A DNA stretch of 26,761 nt, taken from contig JAWCPB010000015.1 in NCBI GenBank assembly GCA_038870455.1, positions 1 to 26,761 on the forward strand, given 5' to 3'. Under the pieces are notes generated by a model. The model was not told the origin of the DNA. It did not search any database and worked only from the letters and a program-made list of their open reading frames with translations. The translations under genes were made by a program, and so were the position numbers. The stretch is from Candidatus Micrarchaeia archaeon. GTDB taxonomy: Archaea; Micrarchaeota; Micrarchaeia; Burarchaeales; JACRGF01. Positions within the stretch are counted from its first letter, which is position 1. The number at the start of each line of letters is the position of its first letter. Positions 1-8,792 of this stretch are shown here, piece by piece.

Positions 1-278
1 GAAATGCGTTGAAGCCCCTTCTCGGCCCGCGGCTGCCCGGCCGGCTTGAAGGCGACCGGCTTTCCCTTTTCGAGAAGCGTTACCTTTGCCCCCGCGAAGG
101 CGATGCCGACGTTATACCCATTATCGAGCTTGAGCACGAGCACGCTGGCATCGCCCGCTCCTGTTCTGGGAAGCAGCATGCCCTCGAAAGCCTCGCCTTC
201 CTTCTCCACCCTCACCCTGTCGCCGACAGCGCAGCCGGCTTTTTTCAGCGCGCTCTCGACTTCCCTCGCATAGCTCAA
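1..278 (-). CDS. gatD: Glutamyl-tRNA(Gln) amidotransferase subunit D, 5' part (runs off the window's left edge)
   Basis: Not in the ORF track. Manual translation from TTG at 278: MSYAREVESALKKAGCAVGDRVRVEKEGEAFEGMLLPRTGAGDASVLVLKLDNGYNVGI. The 'GD.V.V...EG.L.....VLKLDNGYNVG' pattern is the GatD N-terminal domain. A GAGGGG RBS-like sequence lies upstream. Confidence 0.9.
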   Translation of the reverse strand, partial: MSYAREVESALKKAGCAVGDRVRVEKEGEAFEGMLLPRTGAGDASVLVLKLDNGYNVGIAFAGAKVTLLEKGKPVAFKPAGQPRAEKGLQRI

Positions 279-287
279 GCCATCCCC

Positions 288-1856
288 TCAGATTTCCTTC
301 GAGACATATGGCCCGTCGCGCTTAAAACCCCTTTCAAAATAGTACTCGCGCACGCCCACCCCGGACATCACGGCCATCTTCCGCACGCCCCACGCGCTCG
401 AAATTCTTTCCGCCTCCTCCAAAAGCCGGCTGCCGAAGCCAGCGTGCTGCGCCTCCCCCTCTTCCCTTTTCCCAAGCCCGAGCGCCTTTCCATAAACATG
501 CAGTTCCCGGACCACTGACGCGCCACGCAGTTCTTTCCTGTGCGGCTCTGCCGGAAGCCTCAGCCTCAGGAAAGCGTACAGGACGTCGCTCTCCTCGTCC
601 TCGAAGGAAAGAAAGGCTTCCTCTCCCCCACTCGCGGCGTACTCGATGCGCTTCAGCTTAGCCTTTTCCAGCTTCAGATCGACTCCCTGCTTGAGCCTCC
701 TCAAGCCCGCCTCCCTGCATCGGATGCACCTGCAGGCAAAGCCCTTGGCGCGCATCCTCTCCTCAACGAGCTGCCTGAGGTTGTTTTTCTTCACCCCAGC
801 GACAATCAGGCGCTCGGGAATGTCCCTGGTGATGCGCATCACCCTGCACCAAGGGGGAACGAATCGCATGGCTTCTGAAATCACTTCAACCGCCTCCTCA
901 GTGTCGTAAGGCTTGAACTCCCCCCTCCTCCATTCCTCGTAAAGCCGCGTTCCCTCGAGCACCAGACAAGGGTATATCTTGAGCATGTCAGGCTTGAACC
1001 TCTCGTCTTCAAACAGCCTCCTGAAGTCCTCAACATCCTCGGCCGCTCCCTGCCACAGGCCGGGCATCATGTGATACAGCACCTTGAGGCCAGAGTCCTT
1101 GAGCGCCCTCGTGGCATCGACAACAGCCTTCACCGAGTGCCCGCGGTTCACTTTCCTGTAAATGGCGTCGCTCAGCACCTGCACGCCCAGCTCCACTCTC
1201 GTTGTTCCCCAGGCCAGAAACTCGTCAATGTGCTGCCTTCTGCACCAGTCGGGCCTCGTCTCGATGGTGAGGCCCACGCAGCGATGCCGCGCCCTCTCGT
1301 TTTTTTCCTGCGCCGCCTCAACGCTGTCCGCACCCTCCTCGTCTTCATTCAGCGCGTCAAAGCATCTCTTGATGAAAGCACGCTTGTATTCTTCCGCCAT
1401 CCACGGGAAAGTCCCTCCCTGTATGATGAGCTCTATCTTGTCCGTGGCGTGCCCGATTGCCTCAAGCTGGGCGATCCTCGCCCTCGCCTGCGCGAACGCG
1501 TCAAACCCGTACTGCCGTCCCCTCATGGTCGCGGGCTCAAAGCCCGTGTAGGCATTCGGCGCGCCCTCTCCCCTCGGGCAGTAAGAGCATCTTCCATGCG
1601 GGCAGTCGCTGAGGCTCATCACCGCGACCGGCGCAACGCCGCTGATCGTCCTCACAGGCCTTTTTTTCAAAAGCGCGAGCAGCCTCTTCGTTTTCTTCCA
1701 CTCAGGCAGCGCGGCGAGTATCTCGCTGTTCCGCAGCGCGCCCGCGAGCGACCATTTTTTGGACAGCTCAGCCTTCAGCCTCCGCAGCCTGTCCTCATCC
1801 GCGGCCTCGCCGAGCAGGCCTGCGGCCTCGAGCGCCGCCTCTTCCCTGAAACTCAT
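288..1856 (-). CDS. elp3: Elp3, tRNA uridine(34) 5-carboxymethyl modification enzyme (radical SAM + KAT domain)
   Basis: RTISGVAPVAVM, CPHGRCSYC (CX4CX2C), GGTF, IETRPD, VELGVQ, KIYP, VRELHVYG, QHAGFGSRLL and SGVGVREY motifs. Confidence 0.97.
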   Translation of the reverse strand: MSFREEAALEAAGLLGEAADEDRLRRLKAELSKKWSLAGALRNSEILAALPEWKKTKRLLALLKKRPVRTISGVAPVAVMSLSDCPHGRCSYCPRGEGAPNAYTGFEPATMRGRQYGFDAFAQARARIAQLEAIGHATDKIELIIQGGTFPWMAEEYKRAFIKRCFDALNEDEEGADSVEAAQEKNERARHRCVGLTIETRPDWCRRQHIDEFLAWGTTRVELGVQVLSDAIYRKVNRGHSVKAVVDATRALKDSGLKVLYHMMPGLWQGAAEDVEDFRRLFEDERFKPDMLKIYPCLVLEGTRLYEEWRRGEFKPYDTEEAVEVISEAMRFVPPWCRVMRITRDIPERLIVAGVKKNNLRQLVEERMRAKGFACRCIRCREAGLRRLKQGVDLKLEKAKLKRIEYAASGGEEAFLSFEDEESDVLYAFLRLRLPAEPHRKELRGASVVRELHVYGKALGLGKREEGEAQHAGFGSRLLEEAERISSAWGVRKMAVMSGVGVREYYFERGFKRDGPYVSKEI

Positions 1857-1892
1857 GCCTGGAAATATGCTTCCAATTCTTAAATGGCTTCC

Positions 1893-2711
1893 TCAGAGAA
1901 GGTTTGCGAGAAACCCCACCAGCCCGTAGATGGGACCTTCGGCAAGCGGGAAAAGCAGGTTTCCGTGGCCCGTCGCGCGCCAGTCCCCAATGAGGTCCGT
2001 CCTCACATACAGCTTCGCGCCCTTTTCCTCAAAAATGAGCGGCGAGGAAAGCGAGCGCGTCCTCAGCAGAATGCTGAGCTCCTTCTCCTCCTCGCTCACC
2101 ACCTCGTACACCACTGTCCTCTCTCCCCCGGCAGGCACGAAAACCTCTCTTCTGAACTCCCACAGCGGCACGCCCGAGCTCGTTACCTCGAAAACGTCGT
2201 TTGCGGTGCCGTTGTTCCGCACGGTCACGTAATACCCGGCCGGCTGCCCTGCGCCCGCTATCACAGCGAGCGGCGCCACATCCATGCCCACCACGTTCCT
2301 CGAAACCCTCACGAGCACATCAAAGCTGACGTTTCCGCCTATCTTCTCCTTGTCGCCGAAATCGACCACAGCAGCACGGATGACATAGAGCCCATCCGAG
2401 GTGCTCGGATCGGCAGTTATCTTTGCCCTGAGCGGCTGCTCGTAGGCGAGCGAGTCGCTCCACGTCCATCCCGGAGGCGCCTCTGTTATCACCAGCTGGT
2501 CCCATCGTCCCCCTTGCCCGAATATGCCTCCTTCCGTGACGAGCGCGTCGGCCGAAAGCGAAACGGTCTGGCCCGGCCCGATGACTCCGAGCGACACGTT
2601 GTCTCCGCTCCTCACAGTCTTGAAAACAGGGTGAAGCACGCTCACCTCGCCCGGCGCGACGCCTAGCGCAAAAGAGGAAACCAAAGCCAGAACCGCCAGC
2701 GCCCGCATCAT
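1893..2711 (-). CDS. Hypothetical secreted/membrane-anchored protein with beta-rich (Ig/NEW3-like) segments
   Basis: The true start is likely MMRALAVLALVSSFALG (signal peptide) at 2711/2708; the ORF-track extension overlaps the upstream gene. Contains 'YYVTVRNNGTANDVFEV' and a hydrophobic C-terminus. Confidence 0.7.
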   Translation of the reverse strand: MMRALAVLALVSSFALGVAPGEVSVLHPVFKTVRSGDNVSLGVIGPGQTVSLSADALVTEGGIFGQGGRWDQLVITEAPPGWTWSDSLAYEQPLRAKITADPSTSDGLYVIRAAVVDFGDKEKIGGNVSFDVLVRVSRNVVGMDVAPLAVIAGAGQPAGYYVTVRNNGTANDVFEVTSSGVPLWEFRREVFVPAGGERTVVYEVVSEEEKELSILLRTRSLSSPLIFEEKGAKLYVRTDLIGDWRATGHGNLLFPLAEGPIYGLVGFLANLL

Positions 2712-2728
2712 TCCAGTCGCCGCATGCG

Positions 2729-3292
2729 CTAGGCCTTCGGGGAATAAAAAACTATTCTTTGAAGGAACTCCCGCACCCTCTTCTTGAATGCCATTTTGCC
2801 TCCAGCGTTCGTTATCCTCGCATCCGCCATTTCCAGCGCCTTTCCCAACCCCCAGCTTTCCTCCATCCTCTCCGCCCAAACGAACTCGCCGAAGCTCCTC
2901 GCATCCTCGAGCCTTCTCCTCCTTCTTATCCTCGCCCACCGGAGTGGCAGTGGAGCAGACACCGCAATCAGCTTGAACTCCCCGAAAGCCTTTCTGAACT
3001 CCCTCACCTCTGCGGGAGAACGGATTCCAACCACCACAGCAACCCCCGTCTTCCCCGCTTTCTTCTTTATCCTCTCGATCGTTCTCCTCGCGACAAAACC
3101 AGCTCCAAATCTTTTTCTCAACCTATCCGCGAACAGCCTGAGCGAGCGGTTGTCAATGATTATTTTCGTCTTCAGCATGCGCTCCACGACAACATCGGAC
3201 ATCTCGAAAACTGGCAGGCCCATACGCTTGGCGACCTCTGCAAAAACGCCTTTGCCACTTCCCCGCCTGCCGACAACACCGACCACGCGCAC
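2729..3292 (-). CDS. P-loop kinase, archaeal CoaE/UPF0200 (COG0237-like) family
   Basis: N-terminal VVGVVGRRGSGKG Walker A, MSDVV, GIRSPAEV, and 'E..WGLGKALEMADARI.N' typical of the family. GTG start. Confidence 0.8.
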   Translation of the reverse strand: MRVVGVVGRRGSGKGVFAEVAKRMGLPVFEMSDVVVERMLKTKIIIDNRSLRLFADRLRKRFGAGFVARRTIERIKKKAGKTGVAVVVGIRSPAEVREFRKAFGEFKLIAVSAPLPLRWARIRRRRRLEDARSFGEFVWAERMEESWGLGKALEMADARITNAGGKMAFKKRVREFLQRIVFYSPKA

Positions 3293-3323
3293 GATTTAAA
3301 ATCCACTCCCCGCTATTTAACCC
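3293..3323. promoter_or_regulatory. Compact divergent promoter region with two opposed TATA boxes
   Basis: TTTAAAA at 3295-3301 lies ~23 nt before the ATG at 3324 (+). TTAAATA on the minus strand at 3320-3314 lies ~22 nt before the GTG at 3292 (-). Confidence 0.6.
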
Positions 3324-3872
3324 ATGCGTTTGTTCATTGCGGTTGAATTATCCGATGAAATTCTCAGCGTGCTCTCTCAAGCCCAGGCATCGCTGCCGCG
3401 CGAGGGGCTCGTTTTCGTGAAGAAGGAAAATCAGCACCTCACGCTGAAGTTTCTGGGCGAGGTCGGCGAGGATAGGCTGCCCACGCTCAAGGCCGCGCTG
3501 GATGGGTGCAGGCGAGCCCCGTTTCAGGTTACTGTCAAGGGGGTCGGCGTCTTCCCCAGCGAGAAGTTCGTGCGCGTTGTGTGGGCCGGCGTGCACAGCA
3601 CAGAGCTGGCAGCGCTGGCGGCATGCATCGACAATGCGCTCGCCCCCCTCGGTTTTCCGAGGGAGGAGCGCCCATTCTCGGGCCACATCACGCTCGCGCG
3701 TGTAAAAGCAAAAACCGATGTGAGCCGCTTTCTCGCGCGCTTCCGCGATTTCGACTTCGGGAGCTGTCGGATTGACCGCTTTGTGCTCAAACGGAGCACG
3801 CTCACGCCAAGGGGCCCGATTTACGATAACATGCACGTGGTGGTGTTGGAGAGCTCTCCGAATAGAGTTTGA
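3324..3872 (+). CDS. thpR: RNA 2',3'-cyclic phosphodiesterase (2H phosphoesterase, LigT family)
   Basis: MRLFIAV start, two HxT motifs (HLTLKFLGE, HITLARVK), and C-terminal S.LTP.GPIY. Confidence 0.95.
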   Translation: MRLFIAVELSDEILSVLSQAQASLPREGLVFVKKENQHLTLKFLGEVGEDRLPTLKAALDGCRRAPFQVTVKGVGVFPSEKFVRVVWAGVHSTELAALAACIDNALAPLGFPREERPFSGHITLARVKAKTDVSRFLARFRDFDFGSCRIDRFVLKRSTLTPRGPIYDNMHVVVLESSPNRV

Positions 3873-3942
3873 AAATTTTAGGCTGGTGCACTACCCAGAG
3901 CCGTCCATTAGCATTTAAAATGCACAACATATCATTGGTTGC

Positions 3943-4026
3943 ATGGACTTGTGGCTCATCAGAATAGAGCGTGTGCGCGGCAACCCGTTCCTCGCCGTTT
4001 TCTGGAGTTGGATTCGGGAGGGATAA
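3943..4026 (+). CDS. Possible 27-aa small ORF (MDLWLIRIERVRGNPFLAVFWSWIREG)
   Basis: ATG at 3943 to TAA at 4024-4026, with TTTAAAA at 3914-3920 at leaderless-promoter spacing. No recognisable homology. Confidence 0.25.
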   Translation: MDLWLIRIERVRGNPFLAVFWSWIREG

Positions 4027-4040
4027 AGTTCAGACCGTGA

Positions 4041-4356
4041 CTACGCTACCTCGGCAGCCCGCTTTCCGATGAGCGGATACATAGGCGCTCTGCCGGTGAA
4101 TGCCGAATAAATTTGGTAGAGCCAAAGCAGACCTACTACTATGACCCACGCTATGCCTAGCAGCGGGCTCAGCATAGAAAGCTCCTTCACCCCAATGGCG
4201 ATTCCCCCCAAACATGATAATCAGCATAATAATAACAATCGGGAAGCTCATCAGGAGAAGCAGCAGAAATTGGGCGGCGTGAAACCTCACAAAGCGATCT
4301 TTGGACAGAAAGAACGCAAGCAACGGGACGACAATACCAATAAGTCCAGTGTGTCT
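4041..4356 (-). pseudogene. DUF4870 (Tic20-like) membrane protein remnant, 5'-truncated and frameshifted
   Basis: Frame 1 reads HTGLIGIVVPLLAFFLSKDRFVRFHAAQFLLLLLMSFPIVIIMLIIMFGG. After the G6 run (C6 on + at 4204-4209) the hydrophobic sequence continues in another frame: IAIGVKELSMLSPLLGIAWVIVVGLLWLYQIYSAFTGRAPMYPLIGKRAAEVA*. An in-frame TAA lies immediately upstream and there is no ATG. Confidence 0.7.
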
Positions 4357-4363
4357 TTAAAAC

Positions 4364-6265
4364 TTATTTCAGTCTGATGGCATCCAGGTTCATGGGCGCG
4401 CGCGTTTCCAGGTGCGTGATGCGGTTGACGCTCCTCGCCAGCTCGTCGCACTTGCTCTCATCGCCGTGCAGCATGAACACTCTCTCGGGCATGGGCCGGA
4501 TGTTGCGGATGAAGTTGATGAGCTGGCTCCTGTCGCTGTGCCCCGAGAAGCCCTCGACGGTCTCCACGCGCATGGCTATCTTGAGCGTCTCGAGCCGCCC
4601 CTCCGCGCCGAGCACGGGAATCTCCTTGGTTCCCCTCTGAATCTTTCTGCCCAGCGAAAGCGCGCTCTGGTAGCCGACGAAGATGAGCGTGTTCTTCGGC
4701 TCGCCCGCCATGAGCCTGAGGTACTCCACGGACGGCCCGCCTGACAGCATGCCGCTGGGGGCCAGAATGACGCACGGGTCCCCCTCGACGATTTCCTGCC
4801 TGTTCTTGGCCGCGTGCTCGAATATCTTGCTTTCGAAAGGCGAGTTGTTGCTGAGAATGCGCCGCTGCACGTTCTGCCGGAGGTACTCGGGGTACGCCGT
4901 GTGAATGGCGGATGCCTCGAGAATCATGCCATCAGTGTAGACTGGGTAATTGAAGTCGGGGTGGGAGTTCGCGTACTCCTCGAGCACGAGCATGATCTCC
5001 TGCGAGCGGCCCACTGAGAAGACGGGAATGAGCACCTTGCCCTTGGCCGCGAGCGTCTCCATAATCACGCTCATCAGCTTCGCCTCGGCCTCATGCCTCT
5101 GGGGCATGATGTCCGCCCTGCCCCCGTAAGTGCTTTCCATGAAGAGCGTCTCGACTCTCGGGAAAGTCGTGTTGGCGGGCTCGAACAACTGCGTGTAGCC
5201 GTACTTCAGGTCTCCGGTGTAGACGAGGTTGTGAAGCCCCTCGCTGATGTGCAGGTGCACCATCGAGGAGCCGAGGATGTGGCCGGCGTTGTGGAAGGTG
5301 AGCTTTATCTCGGGCGTGATGTCAGCGACTTCCTCGTACTCGCGCACGATGCACCTGTTTATCATCTTTCTGACATCCTTGTCGCTGTACGGCGCGCTTC
5401 CGCCTCCCTTGTTAATGACCTCGATGTAGTCGAACTGGAGCAGGGCCATGAGGTCGCGCGTTGGAGCGGTGCAGTACACGGGCCCGTCGTATCCGTACGC
5501 GAACAGGTAGGGGATGAAACCAGAGTGGTCGAGGTGGGCGTGCGTGCAGATGACCGCATCGAGCTCGTCGAGCGCGAGGTTCATGGCGTTCAGGTACGGA
5601 AAGGCCTTGGGCGGGTCTGTCGTTTCGGCGTTCACCCCGCAGTCGATGAGAATCTTGTCGTTGGGCGTCTGCACGAGAATGCACATGCGGCCGACTTCCT
5701 TGAATCCGCCGAGGGCGGTGACCTTCACCCAGTCCGCCTTCGCGGCCGCGGGGCCGGCGATCTTCTTTCCCACAGCGTTCAGGAACTTTTTCCTGTTCTC
5801 CGCCTCCTTGAGCAGGCTCGCGCGCAGCCCCCTTATCGTCTCGCTGGGCATCGTCGGCGTGCGGAGTATCCTGGGCGCCCATCCGGTGGAGAGTATGATG
5901 TTCTTGAGCGTGCTGCCGCCCTTTCCGATGACGAGGCCCGGCTTGAGCGCGTCGATGACGACCTCGCAGAACTCGGGCGAGAAGCTTATCGCGCTCGCGC
6001 CAGCCTCCGGCGGCACGATGGACTTTATCCTCTCGGCCGCCTTGTCGGGAGGAAGCAGCGAGGCAGGGTCGCTTCTGATGAGCACCCTCTTTCTCAGCGT
6101 GCCTGCTATCTTGCGGATGAGGTTCTCGTCAGTGTAGAACGCAGAGATGTTCTTTAGGTAGATGGCGACATCAGGCCCCTCGTACTCTGCTTTCGTGAGC
6201 TCGCATTCGCTGGGCAGCAGTTCCCTTACTTTCTTCTCTACATCGTTTGCGGCCAAACCCAACAC
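4364..6265 (-). CDS. fttA: Beta-CASP ribonuclease aCPSF1 / transcription termination factor FttA (KH-KH-MBL-betaCASP)
   Basis: KH motif VIGKGG, HAHLDH metallo-beta-lactamase motif, AGHILGS, ESTYG, GFSGHSD. Conserved adjacency to psmB. The true start may be a few codons downstream. Confidence 0.97.
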   Translation of the reverse strand: MLGLAANDVEKKVRELLPSECELTKAEYEGPDVAIYLKNISAFYTDENLIRKIAGTLRKRVLIRSDPASLLPPDKAAERIKSIVPPEAGASAISFSPEFCEVVIDALKPGLVIGKGGSTLKNIILSTGWAPRILRTPTMPSETIRGLRASLLKEAENRKKFLNAVGKKIAGPAAAKADWVKVTALGGFKEVGRMCILVQTPNDKILIDCGVNAETTDPPKAFPYLNAMNLALDELDAVICTHAHLDHSGFIPYLFAYGYDGPVYCTAPTRDLMALLQFDYIEVINKGGGSAPYSDKDVRKMINRCIVREYEEVADITPEIKLTFHNAGHILGSSMVHLHISEGLHNLVYTGDLKYGYTQLFEPANTTFPRVETLFMESTYGGRADIMPQRHEAEAKLMSVIMETLAAKGKVLIPVFSVGRSQEIMLVLEEYANSHPDFNYPVYTDGMILEASAIHTAYPEYLRQNVQRRILSNNSPFESKIFEHAAKNRQEIVEGDPCVILAPSGMLSGGPSVEYLRLMAGEPKNTLIFVGYQSALSLGRKIQRGTKEIPVLGAEGRLETLKIAMRVETVEGFSGHSDRSQLINFIRNIRPMPERVFMLHGDESKCDELARSVNRITHLETRAPMNLDAIRLK

Positions 6266-6330
6266 ATCCCGTTGGCTGTTGGAATGTCAAAAGCGCGAGA
6301 ATACTGTGGGTGACAAAGGCATCCGCCGCT

Positions 6331-6960
6331 TCACCGCTCTTTTTCTTCCATGAGCTTCTTTATCTCTTCCTGGCTGTACTGCTTGAAGCCCTGCGTGGCG
6401 TGGACGGCCACGAGGTCGAGGCCGTCCCCGGTCGCGCAGTCTCTTTTGGTCGCCACGCTGATGCACTTCACCGCAAGGCGGAGGTTCTCCTTTATGGGCT
6501 TGTCCTCCCGATACGCTTCCTCGAGAAGCCCGTAGACCATGGGCGAGCCGCTTCCCGTCGCCACGAACTTCTCCTCGGTCACGCCGCCCAGCGGGTCGAG
6601 GTTGAAAATCTTCGGCTTCTCGTCATACCCTCCCATGAGAAGCTGGACGTAGAACGGAAAGAACTTGTACTGGAACAGGATGTTGGCGAGCAGCGTCGTT
6701 GCGGCCTGCACGCTCAGCGGCTTGCCGTTCTGCAGCCTGTACAGGGCCGCCTCCGCCCTCATCACGCGGACGAGCGTCTGGGCGTCCGCCACCATGCCGG
6801 CCACCGTCATGGCCAGGCGCTCGTCAATCTGGAAAATCTTGGGCGTCTCCTTGTTGGCTATGAAGTAGCCCATGCTCGCCCGCCTGTCGGCAGCGAAGAC
6901 AATGCCGTCAGAGCAGATCAGCCCGACAGTCGTCGTTCCCTTCTTTACCTCTTCCTCCAT
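6331..6960 (-). CDS. psmB: 20S proteasome beta subunit
   Basis: Short propeptide MEEEVKKG followed by catalytic TTTVG, AADRRAS, and ATGSGS. Confidence 0.97.
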   Translation of the reverse strand: MEEEVKKGTTTVGLICSDGIVFAADRRASMGYFIANKETPKIFQIDERLAMTVAGMVADAQTLVRVMRAEAALYRLQNGKPLSVQAATTLLANILFQYKFFPFYVQLLMGGYDEKPKIFNLDPLGGVTEEKFVATGSGSPMVYGLLEEAYREDKPIKENLRLAVKCISVATKRDCATGDGLDLVAVHATQGFKQYSQEEIKKLMEEKER

Positions 6961-7029
6961 GCCATCGCCTTATGTTTACAGGTTCAAATAGGATTGGAAA
7001 AAATTGCCTCCTGTTTCTTAACTATGCAT

Positions 7030-7044
7030 AAAAACCTATTTAAA
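7030..7044 (+). promoter_or_regulatory. BRE/TATA promoter of the DJ-1/PfpI gene
   Basis: An A-rich BRE-like stretch followed by TATTTAAA at 7037-7044, ~24 nt before the ATG at 7068. Confidence 0.55.
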
Positions 7045-7067
7045 GGTTCTTTTCCCTCGTTGGAAGC

Positions 7068-7586
7068 ATGGCAAGGGTGCTGATGGTCATCGCGCCCTCA
7101 AGCTTTCGCGATGAAGAGCTTTTCGACACGAGGGCGGAGCTCGAGAGGGCAGGCCACGCGGTGGCCGTTGCGAGCACGGTAAAGGGCGAGGCGACGGGCA
7201 TGCTGGGCGGAAAGGCGAGGGCGGAGGTTGCCGTCAGCGAGGCGCGCGCGGGCGAGTTCGATGCAATCGTTTTTGTCGGCGGAACAGGCGTTGAGGAGAG
7301 CGAGCTTTACGAGAGGGAGGACGTGCTGTCCCTTGCGCGGGACGGCGTGGCCAAGGGAAGGATAGTCGCGGCGATCTGCATCGCCCCGCGCATCCTCGCG
7401 AAGGCGGGCGTGCTGAGGGGAAGGAGAGCAACGTGCTTCCAGGACCCAACCACAGCGCGCTTTCTGGCCGAAGGCGGCGCAAGCAACACGAGGGCAGACG
7501 TAGAGATAGACGGAAGGCTCATCACAGCAAACGGCCCGCGGGCGGCAAAAAAGTTCGGGCAGGCCATCGCGGCAGCGTTAGGCTGA
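7068..7586 (+). CDS. DJ-1/PfpI family protein
   Basis: FRDEE, FDAIVFVGG, nucleophile-elbow AAICIAP, and LITANGP. Confidence 0.93.
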   Translation: MARVLMVIAPSSFRDEELFDTRAELERAGHAVAVASTVKGEATGMLGGKARAEVAVSEARAGEFDAIVFVGGTGVEESELYEREDVLSLARDGVAKGRIVAAICIAPRILAKAGVLRGRRATCFQDPTTARFLAEGGASNTRADVEIDGRLITANGPRAAKKFGQAIAAALG

Positions 7587-8093
7587 CAGCCCCGCCTTTC
7601 GCTCGAGCTCCCTTATTTCCCTCGTGTTGTCGTGCGGGGTGAGCACGCGGCCGCATTTTCCGCACTTGAACAGAAGATCCGCGGCCTGCTCGAAAGTGTA
7701 TTTCTCTCTCCTCTTGCACTTCCCGCAGGAATAGAAATCAACCGTCCTCTCCACGGCGAGCCTAGCGCTCGCCGCCTCGGCTTCCATCGCTCTCCTCTCG
7801 GCGAGCAGCTGGGGAATCTTCTCAAGATTCACCGTCCAAGTGTATGAGTACCAACCGCTCTCCTTGTCCCTCGACCTCTCGTACGAGGCGATGCCCTCGT
7901 AGTGGAGCTTGTTGAGCACCGCGCGCACGTCGCTGACCTTGAGCTTGCACACGCGCGCGAGGTCCTCGTCCGACATGCTTTCTGTCGCCTCGGCCGCCAC
8001 GCTCAGCGCGTTCTCTCCAGCAAGATTGACGAGGAACTCCCTCACAAGCCGGTTGGCGAGCACGCCGTCGTATTTTTTCGGCTTGACCGCCAT
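7578..8093 (-). CDS. tfe: Transcription factor E (TFE alpha)
   Basis: Winged helix 'SDEDLA....KVSDVRAVLNKL...G...Y.RSRDKESGWYSYTW' plus Zn ribbon CGKC...FEQA...FKCGKCG. Confidence 0.93.
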   Translation of the reverse strand: MAVKPKKYDGVLANRLVREFLVNLAGENALSVAAEATESMSDEDLARVCKLKVSDVRAVLNKLHYEGIASYERSRDKESGWYSYTWTVNLEKIPQLLAERRAMEAEAASARLAVERTVDFYSCGKCKRREKYTFEQAADLLFKCGKCGRVLTPHDNTREIRELERKAGLSA

Positions 8094-8156
8094 AGTCGCC
8101 CCGCCCCACTAATGTCTGGGAAGGGTATTTAAGCCTTTCCGATACGTCGGAGAAGC

Positions 8157-8684
8157 TCAGGCTTTCAGGCGCAGCCTCTTGCCGCGCGCGCTCGGGACGA
8201 TGCCGATCTCCGCCCCGGGAAACTCCCTCCCCAGCTCCCTGCCCTCGAAAAACTCGTGCAGGAAGACCGCGAGCGCCGCGACCTCCGAGTGCGGCTGGCT
8301 CGTGACCGAAATGTTGTGGTCGGCGAGCTCGTACGCCTCGCGCGGAACTTTTTCGCCGCCGACAACAACGAGCACGTTCTCTTTTTTTCTGAGCTCAGCA
8401 ATCCTCTCGCTGATTTTCTCTCCGTACATTGTGAGGTGGACAACGCAGTAACCGTTTTTCCTGAAATCCTCTATGGTTTTTTTCCAATTTTTTTCCTGCC
8501 TGATCTCGAAGCTCCCGCCCCATTTTCTCACAAGCCGCGTCACCCCCTCGGCAAGCTCCCTGTCCTCGTCGCCCGCGATGATGCAGGCGTCCGCGCCGAA
8601 GGCGCGCGCGGCGAGCGCCACGTGTGTGGTGAGGCGCGCGTCCCTGCCGATGCGGTGCCCGAGCCTCAGCACAGCCACAGCCAT
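8157..8684 (-). CDS. trm56: tRNA (cytidine(56)-2'-O)-methyltransferase aTrm56 (SPOUT)
   Basis: VLRLGHR..RD.R.TTHVALAARAFGA, VHLTMYG, VGGEKVP, and QPHSEVAALAVFL. Confidence 0.97.
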   Translation of the reverse strand: MAVAVLRLGHRIGRDARLTTHVALAARAFGADACIIAGDEDRELAEGVTRLVRKWGGSFEIRQEKNWKKTIEDFRKNGYCVVHLTMYGEKISERIAELRKKENVLVVVGGEKVPREAYELADHNISVTSQPHSEVAALAVFLHEFFEGRELGREFPGAEIGIVPSARGKRLRLKA

Positions 8685-8743
8685 GAAGTTAAATAAATTG
8701 TTTAAGCATAAAAATAAGACAGGGGGCCCGTAGCTCAGCTCGG

Positions 8744-8792
8744 AACCCTTTTTCGGCGCTCCGAAAAAGCGTTCACGAAAAAGGGTGGGCAG
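8744..8792 (+). other. tRNA intron 1 (49 nt, position 19/20, D-loop)
   Basis: Relaxed BHB: central helix GCUC(8738-41)/GGGC(8787-90), bulges GGA(8742-44) and AGU(8791-93), intron stem ACCCUUUUUCG/CGAAAAAGGGU. Cutting after the second nucleotide of each bulge regenerates a normal D-loop. Confidence 0.9.

Noticed and set aside
276-290. elp3 and gatD are in the same frame separated by one TGA (possible readthrough or selenocysteine fusion)
   Set aside because: gatD has its own RBS-like GAGGGG and a TTG start matching the normal GatD N-terminus, Elp3 ends at its usual C-terminus, and in-frame spacing has a 1-in-3 chance.
1893-2939. ORF-track N-terminal extensions (also 9362, 9522, 10908, 17399, 21131, 22581, 23528)
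   Set aside because: They overlap neighbouring genuine genes. Family N-termini, RBS and TATA positions support the shorter starts given in the features.
5093-6157. Long antisense or alternate-frame ORFs (e.g. 5093-6157, 1071-1883, 1884-2666, 6247-7083, 16694-17455, 21020-21880)
   Set aside because: Expected by-products of high-GC codon usage opposite well-supported genes, with no recognisable motifs.
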